From the NCBI GenBank assembly GCA_030295235.1, contig AP026139.1, positions 62,001-126,000 on the forward strand: 64,000 bases of DNA. The letters run 5' to 3'. The position numbers and the translations under genes were made by a program. The DNA comes from Fistulifera solaris (Eukaryota). The notes below the pieces were generated by a model that ran no database searches, was not told the DNA's origin, and saw nothing but the letters and a program-made list of their open reading frames with translations. Positions 1-11,624 of the stretch are shown here, in pieces. The number at the start of each line of letters is the position of its first letter. Positions within the stretch are counted from its first letter, which is position 1.

Positions 1-593
1 TCGTCGGGATGTTTCGAGTGTCTCGGTATCAGTGACAACGGAGATGGAACCGCGATGATTGAATTGGACTTTTCGGATTGCAAGGATGCCGATACGATTG
101 GATGGGCTTGTTGCACTGGCTCGATGGGCCCCGACGATGAGTTCAACTCGGGTGCTTGTGAAGTGCCTCCGTCCGGATGTTTCGGTAAAAGAACCGTTCC
201 CGCGATCCCGATGGTGGAAGTGTCAAATGCGAAGGTGTGAGTACCATGTTCCTTCTCGTTCCTTCGGATGCTACCTCGGTTGTCATCAATACACATGATG
301 GACGTACCGGAAATGATGCTTCGCCAGCGGTGGGAGCGGATCCCATTTGTGCGGGTCGAGAATATCAGGGAGGTCGTTGCGCAGCGCGAGACAATAGTGT
401 TACCGCACACTGCTTGGAGACGATTGATCTGTCGACGTGTCCCACTATGGATTCGTTGCCCATGACGGCGGTCCCTACTCCCAGTCCATCGGTGTCTTCG
501 GAATTCCCTTCGGACGTCCCTTCGAGTATGATGTCGGGAGAGTCGGATCTTCCGTCGGTTGTACCCGTCCCGGATGAGTCAGAAGAGGAGTAG
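1..593 (+). CDS. 5'-truncated Cys-rich domain protein (paralogue 1) with P/S/T-rich and acidic tail; frameshift at A-run 187-190
   Basis: Frame 1 SSGCFECL...WACCTGS...GCFG continues, after adding one A, as KNRSRDPDGGSVKCEGVSTMF...INTHDG...HCLETIDLSTCP; colinear with the 1835 and 7515 proteins. Confidence 0.85.
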
Positions 594-1834
594 AGAGATA
601 TTGGGGAAAGGAGCTGCCTTGACGATTGAGGGGTCAGGACCATACTATCTTTCTTTTTGGAAGATTGAGCATGGTAGTACATTTCGCCTTATCAAACGGT
701 TCAAAACGGATTCGTAAAATACACTAGAAATAAACATTAGACCTAGACGATGGTTAAAAAAAATCAAGCAGGGCAATTCTTCGTTATCCTGGCGGTGCTG
801 TAGATTTACATGATGTTATGACGAATCCTTCCTCCACCGTGTTTTCTCAGTCCGCTAACGAATAATATCGATAAAGATGGTGAAGCACTACTATTTATGA
901 GCTACGCTCCATGTGACGACTGGCTGAAATGAAATTGTGATGACTACCTGGTACGTGAAGCCAAAGTTATCTCGAAATCAGAGACTTCACAGGACTTTCG
1001 AAATTTGATTAAAATAGAATGAGTAATGCCTCCTTATTATAAAAAATACACTATCGAAGCGATTTGCTACGTTCCTGGTAGCAATGAAGCGTTGATACGT
1101 AGTACGCAATAGCCGATAGGCGTGGCGCGGGACCAAACCATCTTCTCCGACACTACTATTGAGCACCACTGCACGTATCCTTTCATCCACAAAATGTCTG
1201 GCTGGAATCTTTGCAACCACGACCATCCGAAAAACTTTGTTCGAACAGTATTTGCAACGAATTGGAATAGAATGTCCGCAGACAAAAGTTCAAACAATGC
1301 TTGTCACTGGTGAGAAAGCTGAATTGCAAAGTACTACGTACTGTAAGAGGCGGACTGGGGCTGGACTTGACGGTTTAATTGTCCAGTGGGACTACCTGGT
1401 AGTAGAGAATATTTCATCGTCGTCCTTTTTAAGGAAAAAGGGCTTAGTCATTAAACCCACCTTCTGTGCTGGTCTCATAGCTCAATAATGACAAGCATAA
1501 TTAATTTTCATTGCTTGAAGCAAAAAGGAATGCATAATGCACGGCGAAAGTTAATTGTCAAGTCACGGGTCGGAGTGAAACACTGCTCGGCATCATAAAA
1601 TTTGATGCCACAAGGAGAGGATGCGCAAAATCACATCGCCTCGCATCTCTCATAATCTTAAGTTTTGCTCATTTGTAAAGGTAAGAACGCTCAACCGCAT
1701 CCTCGAATTCGTTTTCACAAGATGCGAGCTGTTGAGTCTTTTCTTTGACCTGTACCTCACATCATTGAAGCTTTGCTTTTCATCTTTGTTCTTTCGTCAA
1801 CAGACTTTCTCTATCGCGTCAAGGTCAACCGATC

Positions 1835-4171
1835 ATGTTCTTTTCTTCGTTGTTTCGAGCTTGTTGCGTAGGAGCAACCCTCTGGACTGTCTCCGGTCAA
1901 CGCCCTAGTCAAGGCAGCAACACCGCGTGCTGGACGTGTGACCAGTCCCCTGGCTGTTTTGAATGCGTTTCGAAGGCCAACAACGGCAACGGGACGTCCA
2001 CGGTCAAGCTCGACTTCTCGGGATGCAAGGGTGACGACATCAGCTGGGCCTGTTGCACTGGCTCCACCGGTCCCGACAATGAGTTCAATGCAGGTGAATG
2101 CGACGTGCCCGATTTGGGTTGTTTCGGCAAGGATGACCTCGCAACTGATCCCGAAGGTCCGAAATGCGAAACTGTCAGCACAATGTTTGTTCTTGTTCCC
2201 TCCGACGCCGTTTCTGTGACGATCAACACGCATGACGGAGCAATACGTAATAGTGCCGTCCCGCCTATTGGTGCTGATCCTATATGTGCTGGTGAACAAT
2301 ACCAAGGAGGAAGATGCGCTACTCGTAATAACAGAGTTACAGCACACTGCTTGGAAACGATCGATTTGGCCACCTGCCCTGCTGATCATCCTTCAATTTT
2401 TCTTTCCGAAGCGCCCTCAAAGCCCGTCACCAAGTCACCCTCTATCTCGCCTACGAATGTACCGACGACGACACCAAGTGCACAGCCGACTCCGATTCAG
2501 ACCAAGTCGCCCACTCTTTCGCCTTCGAATATCCCAAGTGCAGAGCCGACGTTGAGCCCTACGAAGCCCCCCACCGTCTCGCCTTCGATTGTTCCGAGTG
2601 CAGAGCCGACAGCGGTCCCGACAAAGCCTCCCACCGTCTCGCCTTCGATTGTTCCAAGTGCAGAGCCGACATCGGTCCCGACAAAGTCTCCCAATATCTT
2701 GCCCTCGGATATCCCAAGTACGGATCCTTCTGTCCCGCCTTCGACTGTTCCAAGTGCAGAGCCGACATCGGTCCCGACAAAGTCTCCCAATATCTTGCCC
2801 TCGGATATCCCAAGTACGGATCCTTCTGTCCCGCCTTCGACTGTTCCAAGTGCAGAGCCGACATCGGTCCCGACAAAGTCTCCCAATATCTTGCCCTCGG
2901 ATATCCCAAGTACGGATCCTTCTGTCCCGCCCTCGAACATCCCAAGTGCAGAGCCGACATCGGTCCCGACAAAGCCTCCCACCGTCTCGCCTTCGACTGT
3001 TCCAAGTGCAGAGCCGACATCGGTCCCGACAAAGTCTCCCAATATCTTGCCCTCGGATATCCCAAGTACGGATCCTTCTGTCCCGCCTTCGACTGTTCCA
3101 AGTGCAGAGCCGACATCGGTCCCGACAAAGTCTCCCAATATCTTGCCCTCGGATATCCCAAGTACGGATCCTTCTGTCCCGCCCTCGAACATCCCAAGTG
3201 CAGAGCCGACATCGGTCCCGACAAAGCCTCCCACCGTCTCGCCTTCGACTGTTCCAAGTGCAGAGCCGACATCGGTCCCGACAAAGTCTCCCAATATCTT
3301 GCCCTCGGATATCCCAAGTACGGATCCTTCTGTCCCGCCTTCGACTGTTCCAAGTGCAGAGCCGACATCGGTCCCGACAAAGTCTCCCAATATCTTGCCC
3401 TCGGATATCCCAAGTACGAATCCTACTGTCCCGCCTTCGACTGTTCCAAGTGCAGAGCCGACATCGGTCCCGACAAAGTCTCCCAATATCTTGCCCTCGG
3501 ATATCCCAAGTACGGATCCCACAGGTTCGCTTTCACACGTTCCAAGCGCAGAGCCGACTTTGAACCCCACAAAGCCTCCCACCGTCTCGCCTTCGATTGT
3601 TCCAAGTACGAAACCGACGCCGGCGCCCACCAAATCTTCAACCCCTATTCCATCGAGCAACCCTAGCGAGACACCGACAGCTTCTCCTACCGTTTCCCCC
3701 ACAGGTATCTGCTTCAACAATCTCGGTGACGTGTGCCGCGAGCGCGTTGACGCCTGTGACATCGAAGAACGCTGCATTGAAGGGGATGATTCTTGCCCGG
3801 ACTGCGATCACAAGTTCACGGGAGGCTTTGCTTTGAAATGTGGCAGGAAAGCGTTTCTGTGTGGTATCCCTGATTTCGCATCGCTTGGATGTAACATTGG
3901 CGGACCTGGGGTCTCCACTGTGGTGAATTTGGCATATCCAGAATGTCTTGAGGATGGAACGATTGAAATTGATTCCACTTGTAAGCGCTTCGACAACGGA
4001 CTCGCTAGTGGTGGATTGGGCCTCAGCGGATATGCCGTGGCAATTTGCACAGACGTCGGCGGCTCGCAATTTTGGACGTGCACGGAGACGGATACGCCGA
4101 GTGACAACGCTCTCGTGACCTTGATCGTTGAAACGAATCCCGACGCATGCGATGATGAATCTGGATTCTAA
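1835..4171 (+). CDS. Secreted mucin-like protein: signal peptide, 14-Cys domain, Pro/Thr/Ser repeat stalk, C-terminal Cys-rich region with disintegrin-like motif
   Basis: 778-aa ORF; hydrophobic N-terminus ending TVSG; repeats SAEPTSVPTKSPNILPSDIPSTDPSVPPSTVP; CRERVDACDIEERCIEGDDSCP. Confidence 0.9.
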   Translation: MFFSSLFRACCVGATLWTVSGQRPSQGSNTACWTCDQSPGCFECVSKANNGNGTSTVKLDFSGCKGDDISWACCTGSTGPDNEFNAGECDVPDLGCFGKDDLATDPEGPKCETVSTMFVLVPSDAVSVTINTHDGAIRNSAVPPIGADPICAGEQYQGGRCATRNNRVTAHCLETIDLATCPADHPSIFLSEAPSKPVTKSPSISPTNVPTTTPSAQPTPIQTKSPTLSPSNIPSAEPTLSPTKPPTVSPSIVPSAEPTAVPTKPPTVSPSIVPSAEPTSVPTKSPNILPSDIPSTDPSVPPSTVPSAEPTSVPTKSPNILPSDIPSTDPSVPPSTVPSAEPTSVPTKSPNILPSDIPSTDPSVPPSNIPSAEPTSVPTKPPTVSPSTVPSAEPTSVPTKSPNILPSDIPSTDPSVPPSTVPSAEPTSVPTKSPNILPSDIPSTDPSVPPSNIPSAEPTSVPTKPPTVSPSTVPSAEPTSVPTKSPNILPSDIPSTDPSVPPSTVPSAEPTSVPTKSPNILPSDIPSTNPTVPPSTVPSAEPTSVPTKSPNILPSDIPSTDPTGSLSHVPSAEPTLNPTKPPTVSPSIVPSTKPTPAPTKSSTPIPSSNPSETPTASPTVSPTGICFNNLGDVCRERVDACDIEERCIEGDDSCPDCDHKFTGGFALKCGRKAFLCGIPDFASLGCNIGGPGVSTVVNLAYPECLEDGTIEIDSTCKRFDNGLASGGLGLSGYAVAICTDVGGSQFWTCTETDTPSDNALVTLIVETNPDACDDESGF
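2537..3605 (+). repeat. Coding minisatellite of 96-bp and 60-bp units
   Basis: Units start AGTGCAGAGCCGAC (e.g. 2657 and 2753, 96 bp apart); near-identical copies. Confidence 0.95.
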
Positions 4172-4585
4172 ACATGCATTGTTGCTTGCGGTTCTTGTTC
4201 CGGTAAAGGAGGTCGAGAAGCTTCTATCATGTGTTGTCTTTTGTAGCTTCGATGGCTTTCCATTTCATCTTTTCTTACTTAGTAGTCTGAACGGCTTATT
4301 AGTCTTCACATTGCGTGTACAAATGATTTTGAAGTTAGATCAATAGCAAAGATCAACAATTGCTCGCAATCAATTGCGTTTTATTGCTGCTTCTGTTGGT
4401 GCAAAACAAAGCCGCAAAAATTCAATCTCCGGGTTCTGTTCTTTGGTCGATAAAATTCCCTACGAGGCCTACGTGAAACTCACGTAGTCATTCGCAACAG
4501 AAAATAAGGCAGTTATTTGTTGTTATGATTTTTTTTATTGATGCTTCATCATTTTACTCGAAAGACTCGCTGTGTAATCTAAACA

Positions 4586-5644
4586 ATGGTCACACGCAAC
4601 TCTAATCTCGTCTTATGGTCCTGCTTGGCGGTCCTGGTAGCCGTGTTTCCTGTCACACGGTGGTTTCTGCTACAATGGTTTTGTCCTCTTGCGCTCCGAA
4701 ATCATTATCAGGCTTTCATTTGGGAGGAATGGTCTTCCTCTGCACAAGTCAAAGTCTCCGCAATGATGCGTCTTGATATTCCGACGGTGAATGTGCAGGT
4801 ATTTGAAAGTGCGAACGCATTGTTAGACCATTTAAATGAGAACTACGGCCCTTCTTGGCGACAAAAACCAGTATTATTGAAAGAAATGTGGACGAAAGAT
4901 CAGTTACAACAATCAAATCGTAATTTATCGTTGCAAGGCTTATTGCAAATGAAGGATTTCAAAATCCCTTACTTTAGCGATGCGTCCCAAACACTCTGGA
5001 CCCCCGATGCGTACGGAACGGTTCAGGAGGTTGTGAAGAACATGACACTTGGTGAACCTCACAAAATCGGTTCGCAACTGTTGATGGAACAGCATCCGTC
5101 GTGGATAGCGCAGATTGCCCCCAATGAGCTTGTTACCACTTTGTTTGGAAACTATTTTACACCCGAAGCTGTTCAGAAACGATGGTGGAGACCTGCACTA
5201 ACGACGGTCCCCGTCTTTGTTGCACACACGCAAACATCGTCATTTACCGCCTTGCATTGTGAACCCATCGGGAATGTCGCCGTTCAATTGCATGGACGAA
5301 AACAGTGGACGCTGGTCGAACCCCAATATTGGAAGCATTTGCAGCCCACCGTGGCTCCCGATGGTCGGGCTTATGTCGCCAGCATGGCAAACTCCATCGA
5401 CGCACCCCATTATACCGTTGTGACGCAAGCCGGGGATGCTTTGTGGGTCCCCACGTGGACGTGGCATCGTGTGGATTATACAACAACAGACACTGCTACG
5501 ACTGATGAAGACGAAGGTGGCATCGCCATTGCCGGATCCTTGTTTCATTTTCGATTTAACGATTATGCGACCCAGAACCCACTGTTTGCTGTTTTGCTCT
5601 TTCCGGCCATGCTACTCGAGTTGATCGGATACAATACGCAATAA
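4586..5644 (+). CDS. JmjC / cupin-like 2-oxoglutarate-Fe(II) oxygenase with N-terminal membrane anchor or signal
   Basis: TALHCEP (HxE), QLHGRKQWTL and GDALWVPTWTWHRV are typical JmjC motifs. Confidence 0.85.
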   Translation: MVTRNSNLVLWSCLAVLVAVFPVTRWFLLQWFCPLALRNHYQAFIWEEWSSSAQVKVSAMMRLDIPTVNVQVFESANALLDHLNENYGPSWRQKPVLLKEMWTKDQLQQSNRNLSLQGLLQMKDFKIPYFSDASQTLWTPDAYGTVQEVVKNMTLGEPHKIGSQLLMEQHPSWIAQIAPNELVTTLFGNYFTPEAVQKRWWRPALTTVPVFVAHTQTSSFTALHCEPIGNVAVQLHGRKQWTLVEPQYWKHLQPTVAPDGRAYVASMANSIDAPHYTVVTQAGDALWVPTWTWHRVDYTTTDTATTDEDEGGIAIAGSLFHFRFNDYATQNPLFAVLLFPAMLLELIGYNTQ

Positions 5645-7514
5645 TAGAAAGCAGAAGGCGAAAAGGAAAGTGTCTGGTATAGCGTTACGTTCTATTCATG
5701 TCATGCAGAACTGCAATAGAGAAACGCCAAGCGAAAGTTTGTTCATGTCGATCGGGTACAGTGTGACATCATTTTGAATCCAATACGAACCTCGTTGAAG
5801 CCTAGTTGACACACAAACCAAATTCAGCGATTGTGTTAAAAGAGCCAAGGAGAAACTTTTTGGGGCACACAGCAGCCTCTAAAGAGTAACACTGTCTGAT
5901 ACATTAAGAGGACAAGCTTAATGAATTTAGGCTACGTCAAAGGCCAATCGCCGCATTTCGCTAGCAGTCCAACGCGAAATCCAGCCGTCAACATAATCAG
6001 CGCATGTGATCGATAATCGATGAAGATCCGTCTTGCGTTTCCCAAGAGCGGCTCTCCCTCATGAAAGAAGAAAAGTGAGATCGTTCCATGTAACATGAGG
6101 GCGTAGATGTCTCATTGGTAAATCCGTCATTATTTTCAAGCTCTATACTGTCAAATGGCTAGCTAGGGAGGTAACTGGATCATTTCGCACGCAAGGGGTC
6201 GGGGAGGGGTCGCTACAAACTAGTTAGATTCGTTGATGGCTTGTTGTCGTCTCCTAAGTAAAAGCAACGATGTACCTTAGCGAAGAAGACGAGAGAGCTT
6301 AAAGCCTTCAAGTTGCTACCGTTGCCGCAATCGTGAAGAACATGACGCCCGGTCAACCCCACAAAATTGTCTCGCAAATGTTGGAACGCCATGATAACCA
6401 CATTATTTGTAGATTTCTCCAACGGGGGACCAGTAATGACCACGGTCCCGATCTTTGACACAAACAGTCGTTTGCCTTAGCAAACGCCTTAAGAAGGAGA
6501 CGCAAGTCTAGAATCCGTTGTCCATGCCTTTCTTTCATCGCGTCATAGTGCATTTAAAAGGGTTATCGACGCGCCCAACTGAAGATTATCGTTTTCTGCC
6601 AGCAGAGTTGAAGCAGATGGGATTTCGAAAGAGATATCGATGTAGACTTGGCGTCTCCGAACAACTCTAAATTCTTGGCTATTGGCTATGGGCTATTTTG
6701 TGATTTGGTGATTCCTTTCCTCCGCATATTTTTTTCTTCTGTGACGCGACCGTGCAACTGCTTGATTGTCAAAACTAAAGTTTCAAACTCTGCTTTAAAG
6801 AAACGCTACTCCGCACTTGTGTCCACAGCATGGTAATTGGTAATTGGTAATGGTGTACGTATCAATATCCAATCCTCTAAGCGGAGTATCATAGTCACAG
6901 ACATGATGAATCGGTTACGTTTGAAGAGACACTCATTACAACTGTACTAATCCTGAAATTGAAGCATGCACTTTTGGTGTTTTGTTCACACGACTCCGAT
7001 ACCGTGGTAGGTGGAGTGCAACTAGAAAAAGATTCTGCGAGTTTCGAATCTCAAATGCACACTTATTTATTGCTCGGAGACAACAAGTCGAACTACCAAC
7101 TTAGGGATGTCCATCGGCTTGTCGACTTCGAAAATCCTTCGATGTCGTCTCTTTCTACAGGAATAAACGTTTTTGTGTCATTCCCACTTGTTTGTTGACG
7201 AAGCAAATAGAAAATGGAATGATGATTATGTGCGTAGTGGCTGACGAATGAATCTCGTCCTTAGGAAATCAAATTGTGAAATGGACCCCAAGTTGATCTC
7301 ATAAATTTAGAAAATCCAAAAGCAAAGACACCTTCGTTAGCTCTATTTACCGGTGAGTGAATCTGCCCAGAATGGTTGATGTTATGCCTATTCGTGTCGA
7401 CCTTTACTCACAGCTTAAATTGTCGCGATGTGTCGGTGTTTCTATCGTCAACCAATTTCTCTCCGTATATAATTGCTCAACTCCTTCATCCCAAGGTATC
7501 AAGCAAAACCAACC

Positions 7515-8705
7515 ATGAAGCTTTCTTCTTTGATTCGCATTCTCTTCATTGGAACCACTCTCTTGAGTGTTTCGGGACAGGGTCGAGGCCGAGACCGCGA
7601 AGTCGATGCAGGACAAGGTCGAGGAGAGGGTCAAAACCGTGATCGCGAGGAAAATGGAGGTCGAGGACAGGGCCGTAATCGAGACCGCGAAGAAGAAAAT
7701 GGAGGTCGAGGACAGGGTCAAAACCGTGATCGCGAAGAAGAAAATGGAGGTCGAGGACAGGGCCGTAATCGAGACCGCGAAGAAGAAAATGAAGAACCTG
7801 ATCGAGGACGCGACCAGGTAGAAGACGAAGGACGAGGACAGGGCCGAGACCGCGAAGAAGATGATGAAGGACTCGACGACGACAAGTGCTGGACCTGTGA
7901 ACAGTCATCGGGATGTTTCGAGTGTCTTTCAAAGAGCGACAATGCCGACGGAACCATGACGGTCGAAATCGATTTCTCCGGATGCAAGAACGAGGCGAAC
8001 ATTGGATGGGCCTGCTGTACTGGGTCGAACGGACCCGATGGTGTCTTTCAGGAAGGCGACTGTGATGTACCCGACTCGGGATGCTTTGGAACGAACAACC
8101 GAGGCCGCAACCCGGACGGTAGCAAATGCGAAAATGTCAGCGCCATGTTTGTCGTAGTCCCCTCCGATGCATCCTCGGTAGTCATCAACACTCACGATGG
8201 TCTCACCGGAAACGATGCTGTTCCGGCAGTCGGAGCCGATCCTATGTGTGCCGGTCAAGAATTCCAAGGCGGCCGTTGTGCCAAACGAAACAGCGGCATA
8301 ACATCCCACTGTTTAGAAACCATCGACCTTTCCCGTTGTCCTAGTTCTTTGCCGCTTCCATCGCCCGCTCCGACTCCCAGTCCCTCGGTCGTGAAAGTTT
8401 CTACGGTTGCTCCAACGACGCGTGGAACCGAGACCAATGAAGTGACGCCCATGCCTACTACGCTTATCCCCACAGGCATGCCAGTCGCTACTACTCTTTC
8501 TCCCACGGCAGCGACCGATACTCACACATCCACTCCGAGTTCTGTCACAGTGACCACTAGTTCTCCGACGGAGGCATCCGATATTCCGTCGCTTGTTCCT
8601 AGGTCGGACGCTCCGTCAGATGTTCCTACCTCGTTTCCTACGTCGAACAACAACAATGAAACTCTCGGCGAAGATGAGGAAGATGAAGATGAGGAGGATA
8701 ATTAA
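7515..8705 (+). CDS. Secreted Cys-rich domain protein (paralogue 3) with charged G/R/E/D repeats, Thr/Pro stalk and acidic tail
   Basis: ATG 7515 MKLSSLIRILFIGTTLLSVSG signal peptide; same 14-Cys domain (CWTC..GCFEC..WACC..INTHDG..HCLETIDL). Confidence 0.9.
   Translation: MKLSSLIRILFIGTTLLSVSGQGRGRDREVDAGQGRGEGQNRDREENGGRGQGRNRDREEENGGRGQGQNRDREEENGGRGQGRNRDREEENEEPDRGRDQVEDEGRGQGRDREEDDEGLDDDKCWTCEQSSGCFECLSKSDNADGTMTVEIDFSGCKNEANIGWACCTGSNGPDGVFQEGDCDVPDSGCFGTNNRGRNPDGSKCENVSAMFVVVPSDASSVVINTHDGLTGNDAVPAVGADPMCAGQEFQGGRCAKRNSGITSHCLETIDLSRCPSSLPLPSPAPTPSPSVVKVSTVAPTTRGTETNEVTPMPTTLIPTGMPVATTLSPTAATDTHTSTPSSVTVTTSSPTEASDIPSLVPRSDAPSDVPTSFPTSNNNNETLGEDEEDEDEEDN
7575..7865 (+). repeat. 45-bp coding repeat GRGQG(Q/R)NRDREEENG
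   Basis: GGTCGAGGACAG recurs at 45-bp spacing (7659, 7704, 7749); Q and R variants alternate. Confidence 0.9.
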
Positions 8706-9341
8706 GGGCCAACCGAGTCAGTCATCCTGAAAAAAAGGGTAGATAGATAGAAAACCACAAGAATCCTTTCTGCAGGTTTTTTAGATAATAAAAAATAGAT
8801 GGATAGAACAAGAAATAAACAAAATGATGCGTCCGTAAGGTTTGATGATTCGTTCGCGATCACGTCATTGTTGGAATGATTATTGTCTCTGCAAGGTTCT
8901 TTGAATATCATCGGTTATCGTATAGATTATCCTACAGGTGTTATTGTTGCGTTACGCTGTTCGTGATACTCTCGCGGATGCATTATAGCGAAATTGCAGG
9001 ACTGGTTGGTTGTATAAAAAAAATAACAATGATACGTAGTAGCAGGTGGTGTCAAAGAGTATCTCGCCATACTGGTATCGTCCCTATTATTTTTGGCTTC
9101 CCATAATGCGAGCGTCGCGAGCGACGACGAGATACGGTATTGAAGAGGAGGAGGAGAGAGAATAAGTCGCACTGGGGAATTTCCAGTCATGAGTGCTTGC
9201 CGGCGCGGACCGACGGGCGTGCTCCGACCTGACAGAATGAATAAATGTTTTCAAGTTCAAGTCCATGATGTAGTACTGTACAGAGTATCTGCTGAAAGAG
9301 GTTCCGAATGCAAAACGACACGCTTAGCTAGAAAAAGGTAT

Positions 9342-9371
9342 CCATTTCCATTTCCATTTCCATTTCCATTT
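9342..9371. repeat. (CCATTT)n hexamer microsatellite just upstream of the C2 gene
   Basis: About five tandem copies visible. Confidence 0.9.
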
Positions 9372-9402
9372 TCTTGAAACGTTTTCCTTCTCCCTTCCCG
9401 AC

Positions 9403-10218
9403 ATGCCCCGTTATCAATTACTGGTACGCTGTGAAAATGTGCCTGTCGTAACACGCTTCTGGGAATCGTCGTACGGCACCTATGTTACTTTGATTGACAA
9501 AACAACCCAAACGACGTTGGGTCAAACGGAAATTGTCAGCAATACACAACATCCCGAATACGTAACTGCATTCTTTCTCGAAACCGATTCGACTGTGTAT
9601 CATCCTTTGCAGTTAATTGTTTATCAAGATGCCGGAATCGGACGTGATGCGACCGCCATCTGGCAGGCCCAAATTGAAGCGACCGAAGTCGTACAATCTC
9701 CCGGACACGAACAAATACTCGAACTGTCGAAAACCGGAAAGATCATTGTGCGGATGATCGAAATGACTTCGCCCACAACCAATTGGCAATTCCAACTCCG
9801 GGCCCTCGATGTGCAGAATGTCGAACCGGGATGGTTCGGTTTGGGACGTTCGGATCCTTTCTTAGAGATAGCACAAAAATCCGTCGATCCGGCCGTTGGA
9901 TGGGTGCGATGGCATCTCTTGTATCGTTCCGAAATCATTCATGATCATTTGAATCCGTATTGGGAACCTTTCATGTTGCAACATGTGACAGCGGATCCGA
10001 TTCATACCATTTTGCGCATTCGTGTCTACGATGACAATGGCAAACGCAAAGCTCCAAAATTGATTGGAGAATGTGAAACCACTTTGGATCAGCTCAAAGA
10101 ACAACTCTCACAACGGGGAAATGCGGATCGAGAAAAGGCCATGCCCTTGTATCGGAATGGAAAAACCGAAAAAACAAGGGGGTGGTTAGTGGTGTTGCAA
10201 GCGAATCAAGTAGAGTAG
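9403..10218 (+). CDS. Copine-like tandem C2-domain protein without a vWA domain
   Basis: GQTEIVSNTQHPEY; GRSDPFLEI; YRSEIIHDHLNPYWEPF; IRVYDD; LIGECETTLDQL. Confidence 0.85.
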   Translation: MPRYQLLVRCENVPVVTRFWESSYGTYVTLIDKTTQTTLGQTEIVSNTQHPEYVTAFFLETDSTVYHPLQLIVYQDAGIGRDATAIWQAQIEATEVVQSPGHEQILELSKTGKIIVRMIEMTSPTTNWQFQLRALDVQNVEPGWFGLGRSDPFLEIAQKSVDPAVGWVRWHLLYRSEIIHDHLNPYWEPFMLQHVTADPIHTILRIRVYDDNGKRKAPKLIGECETTLDQLKEQLSQRGNADREKAMPLYRNGKTEKTRGWLVVLQANQVE

Positions 10219-10297
10219 TAGTTACATAGTATGCTCCTCAATTGAAATATAAGCTACTAGTTGTTAACTTTACTGATGATTACTCCTCTTTTTTTGT

Positions 10298-10976
10298 TCA
10301 CTTTTCCGATGCCGACGGTGAAGGGGACGCTGCCGCCGCCGCCTTCGTGCGCATCACCTTTAAATATTGTTGATGCAACAGGGTCAAGAAACGATCATCT
10401 TGCATCAACGATAAAAGTGCCAATTGCATGGCTTTTTTTATCCAAGGCTACTCCTGGGAGAATGGGTGTTGAGGGTGTTGTCGGTGTCGAAACGGTATGA
10501 GTGGTGGCAACGGTAGTAGTCGTATGAGTGGACCCTATCGTATTGTTCATTGTCGCACTTGCATTCATTCTCAATTGCTGCACAACACGCTGCAAACCAT
10601 CAAATACAGCTTGCTGCTCTTCATGAATCGGAAAATAGATTCCCCAAACCCGATCTTCGTGTTTAAACATCAAATAAGGTGCTTGTTGTTGCACTTGAAA
10701 ATCGGGTGTGAGAGGATGTACTTCAAAATTTTCCGTCGAATGACGATTTAATAAAATCAACGATGCGGTACTGTCTTCTTCCTGCACAACAAAGAGTGTT
10801 CCTTCTTGAGTCGTCTTGTGCCAACTGGAACGATATTCGTACAAAACACCGTGTGTGGCAGAAACTGTAATATCATTGATCGTCGGACGACACGTGCGTT
10901 GCAATAATTTTAAATTGGCTTGTTTGCGGTGTGCTTGTAAGGCGGCGTTGTCGTTTGAGGATAGTTCGGAATTCAT
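10298..10976 (-). CDS. DCP1: mRNA decapping factor Dcp1 (EVH1 domain + C-terminal trimerisation helix); frameshift at T-run 10433-10439
   Basis: [46 protein letters not shown]; removing one base gives [28 protein letters not shown], stop at 10298. Confidence 0.88.
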
Positions 10977-11624
10977 ATTTGATTCTAGCAAGCTGTTAAC
11001 TAATGCGTCGATAGATTTAAAAGGCAGGAAGAACTCGACCAAATGGTGGTTCTTCTGCTTTTTAGTTGCGTTTTATACTGGTAATGTTTTGCTGCAACAA
11101 AAACAGCAGAAGCGCGTTTCTTTCGGCCTCATTGGTTCCTTTCCATGTGTATATGCATTTTCCAGTAGTCTTCTCCATCGCACTGGCTTTGAAAAGGAAA
11201 CGACACTCGTGACTGGATTACAAGTCGAGGGAAAGTTCAGACGACACTACCAGCAACTGGTACGGTACCAGGTATTGGGTATCATAGCGCGCTAAACACG
11301 GTTCGCTCCGAAGCGCTTTATAAAATGCCAAAGCTATTCCAGTATTTGTGTTGCAAGTTTATTGAATTGGTTGCTGAGCAGAATAGAAACATTCAATTTG
11401 AAAGTATGAAGTCAAAGCCAGTGCAATGAAATATTGATGATTTTCTTCCAATAGCGATACTCGTGAGTGAAATCCAGTCTGGAGTCGTTCCTCCTATACT
11501 ACAATTTGGTGCTAGTAGTCGAAGGTCGAAGTCGTCGTATTTGCAAATATGATGATTTCTTATATTCATGTCAATAAACATCCGTTTAATAACTACAATC
11601 AGAAACAACATCAGCAAAAGAATC

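Noticed and set aside
987..1488. Several 60-110 aa ORFs between Cys-domain genes
   Set aside because: No recognisable motifs; consistent with chance ORFs
2537..3605. Regular repeat array as a possible CRISPR
   Set aside because: No unique spacers, units are multiples of 3 within a CDS, no cas genes, eukaryotic context
2497..3777. Long antisense and alternate-frame ORFs (426, 324, 284 aa)
   Set aside because: Shadows of the stop-free coding minisatellite
5900..6840. Possible decayed gene on the minus strand (VLHDCGNG, faintly methyltransferase-like)
   Set aside because: Short broken frames and no second supporting motif
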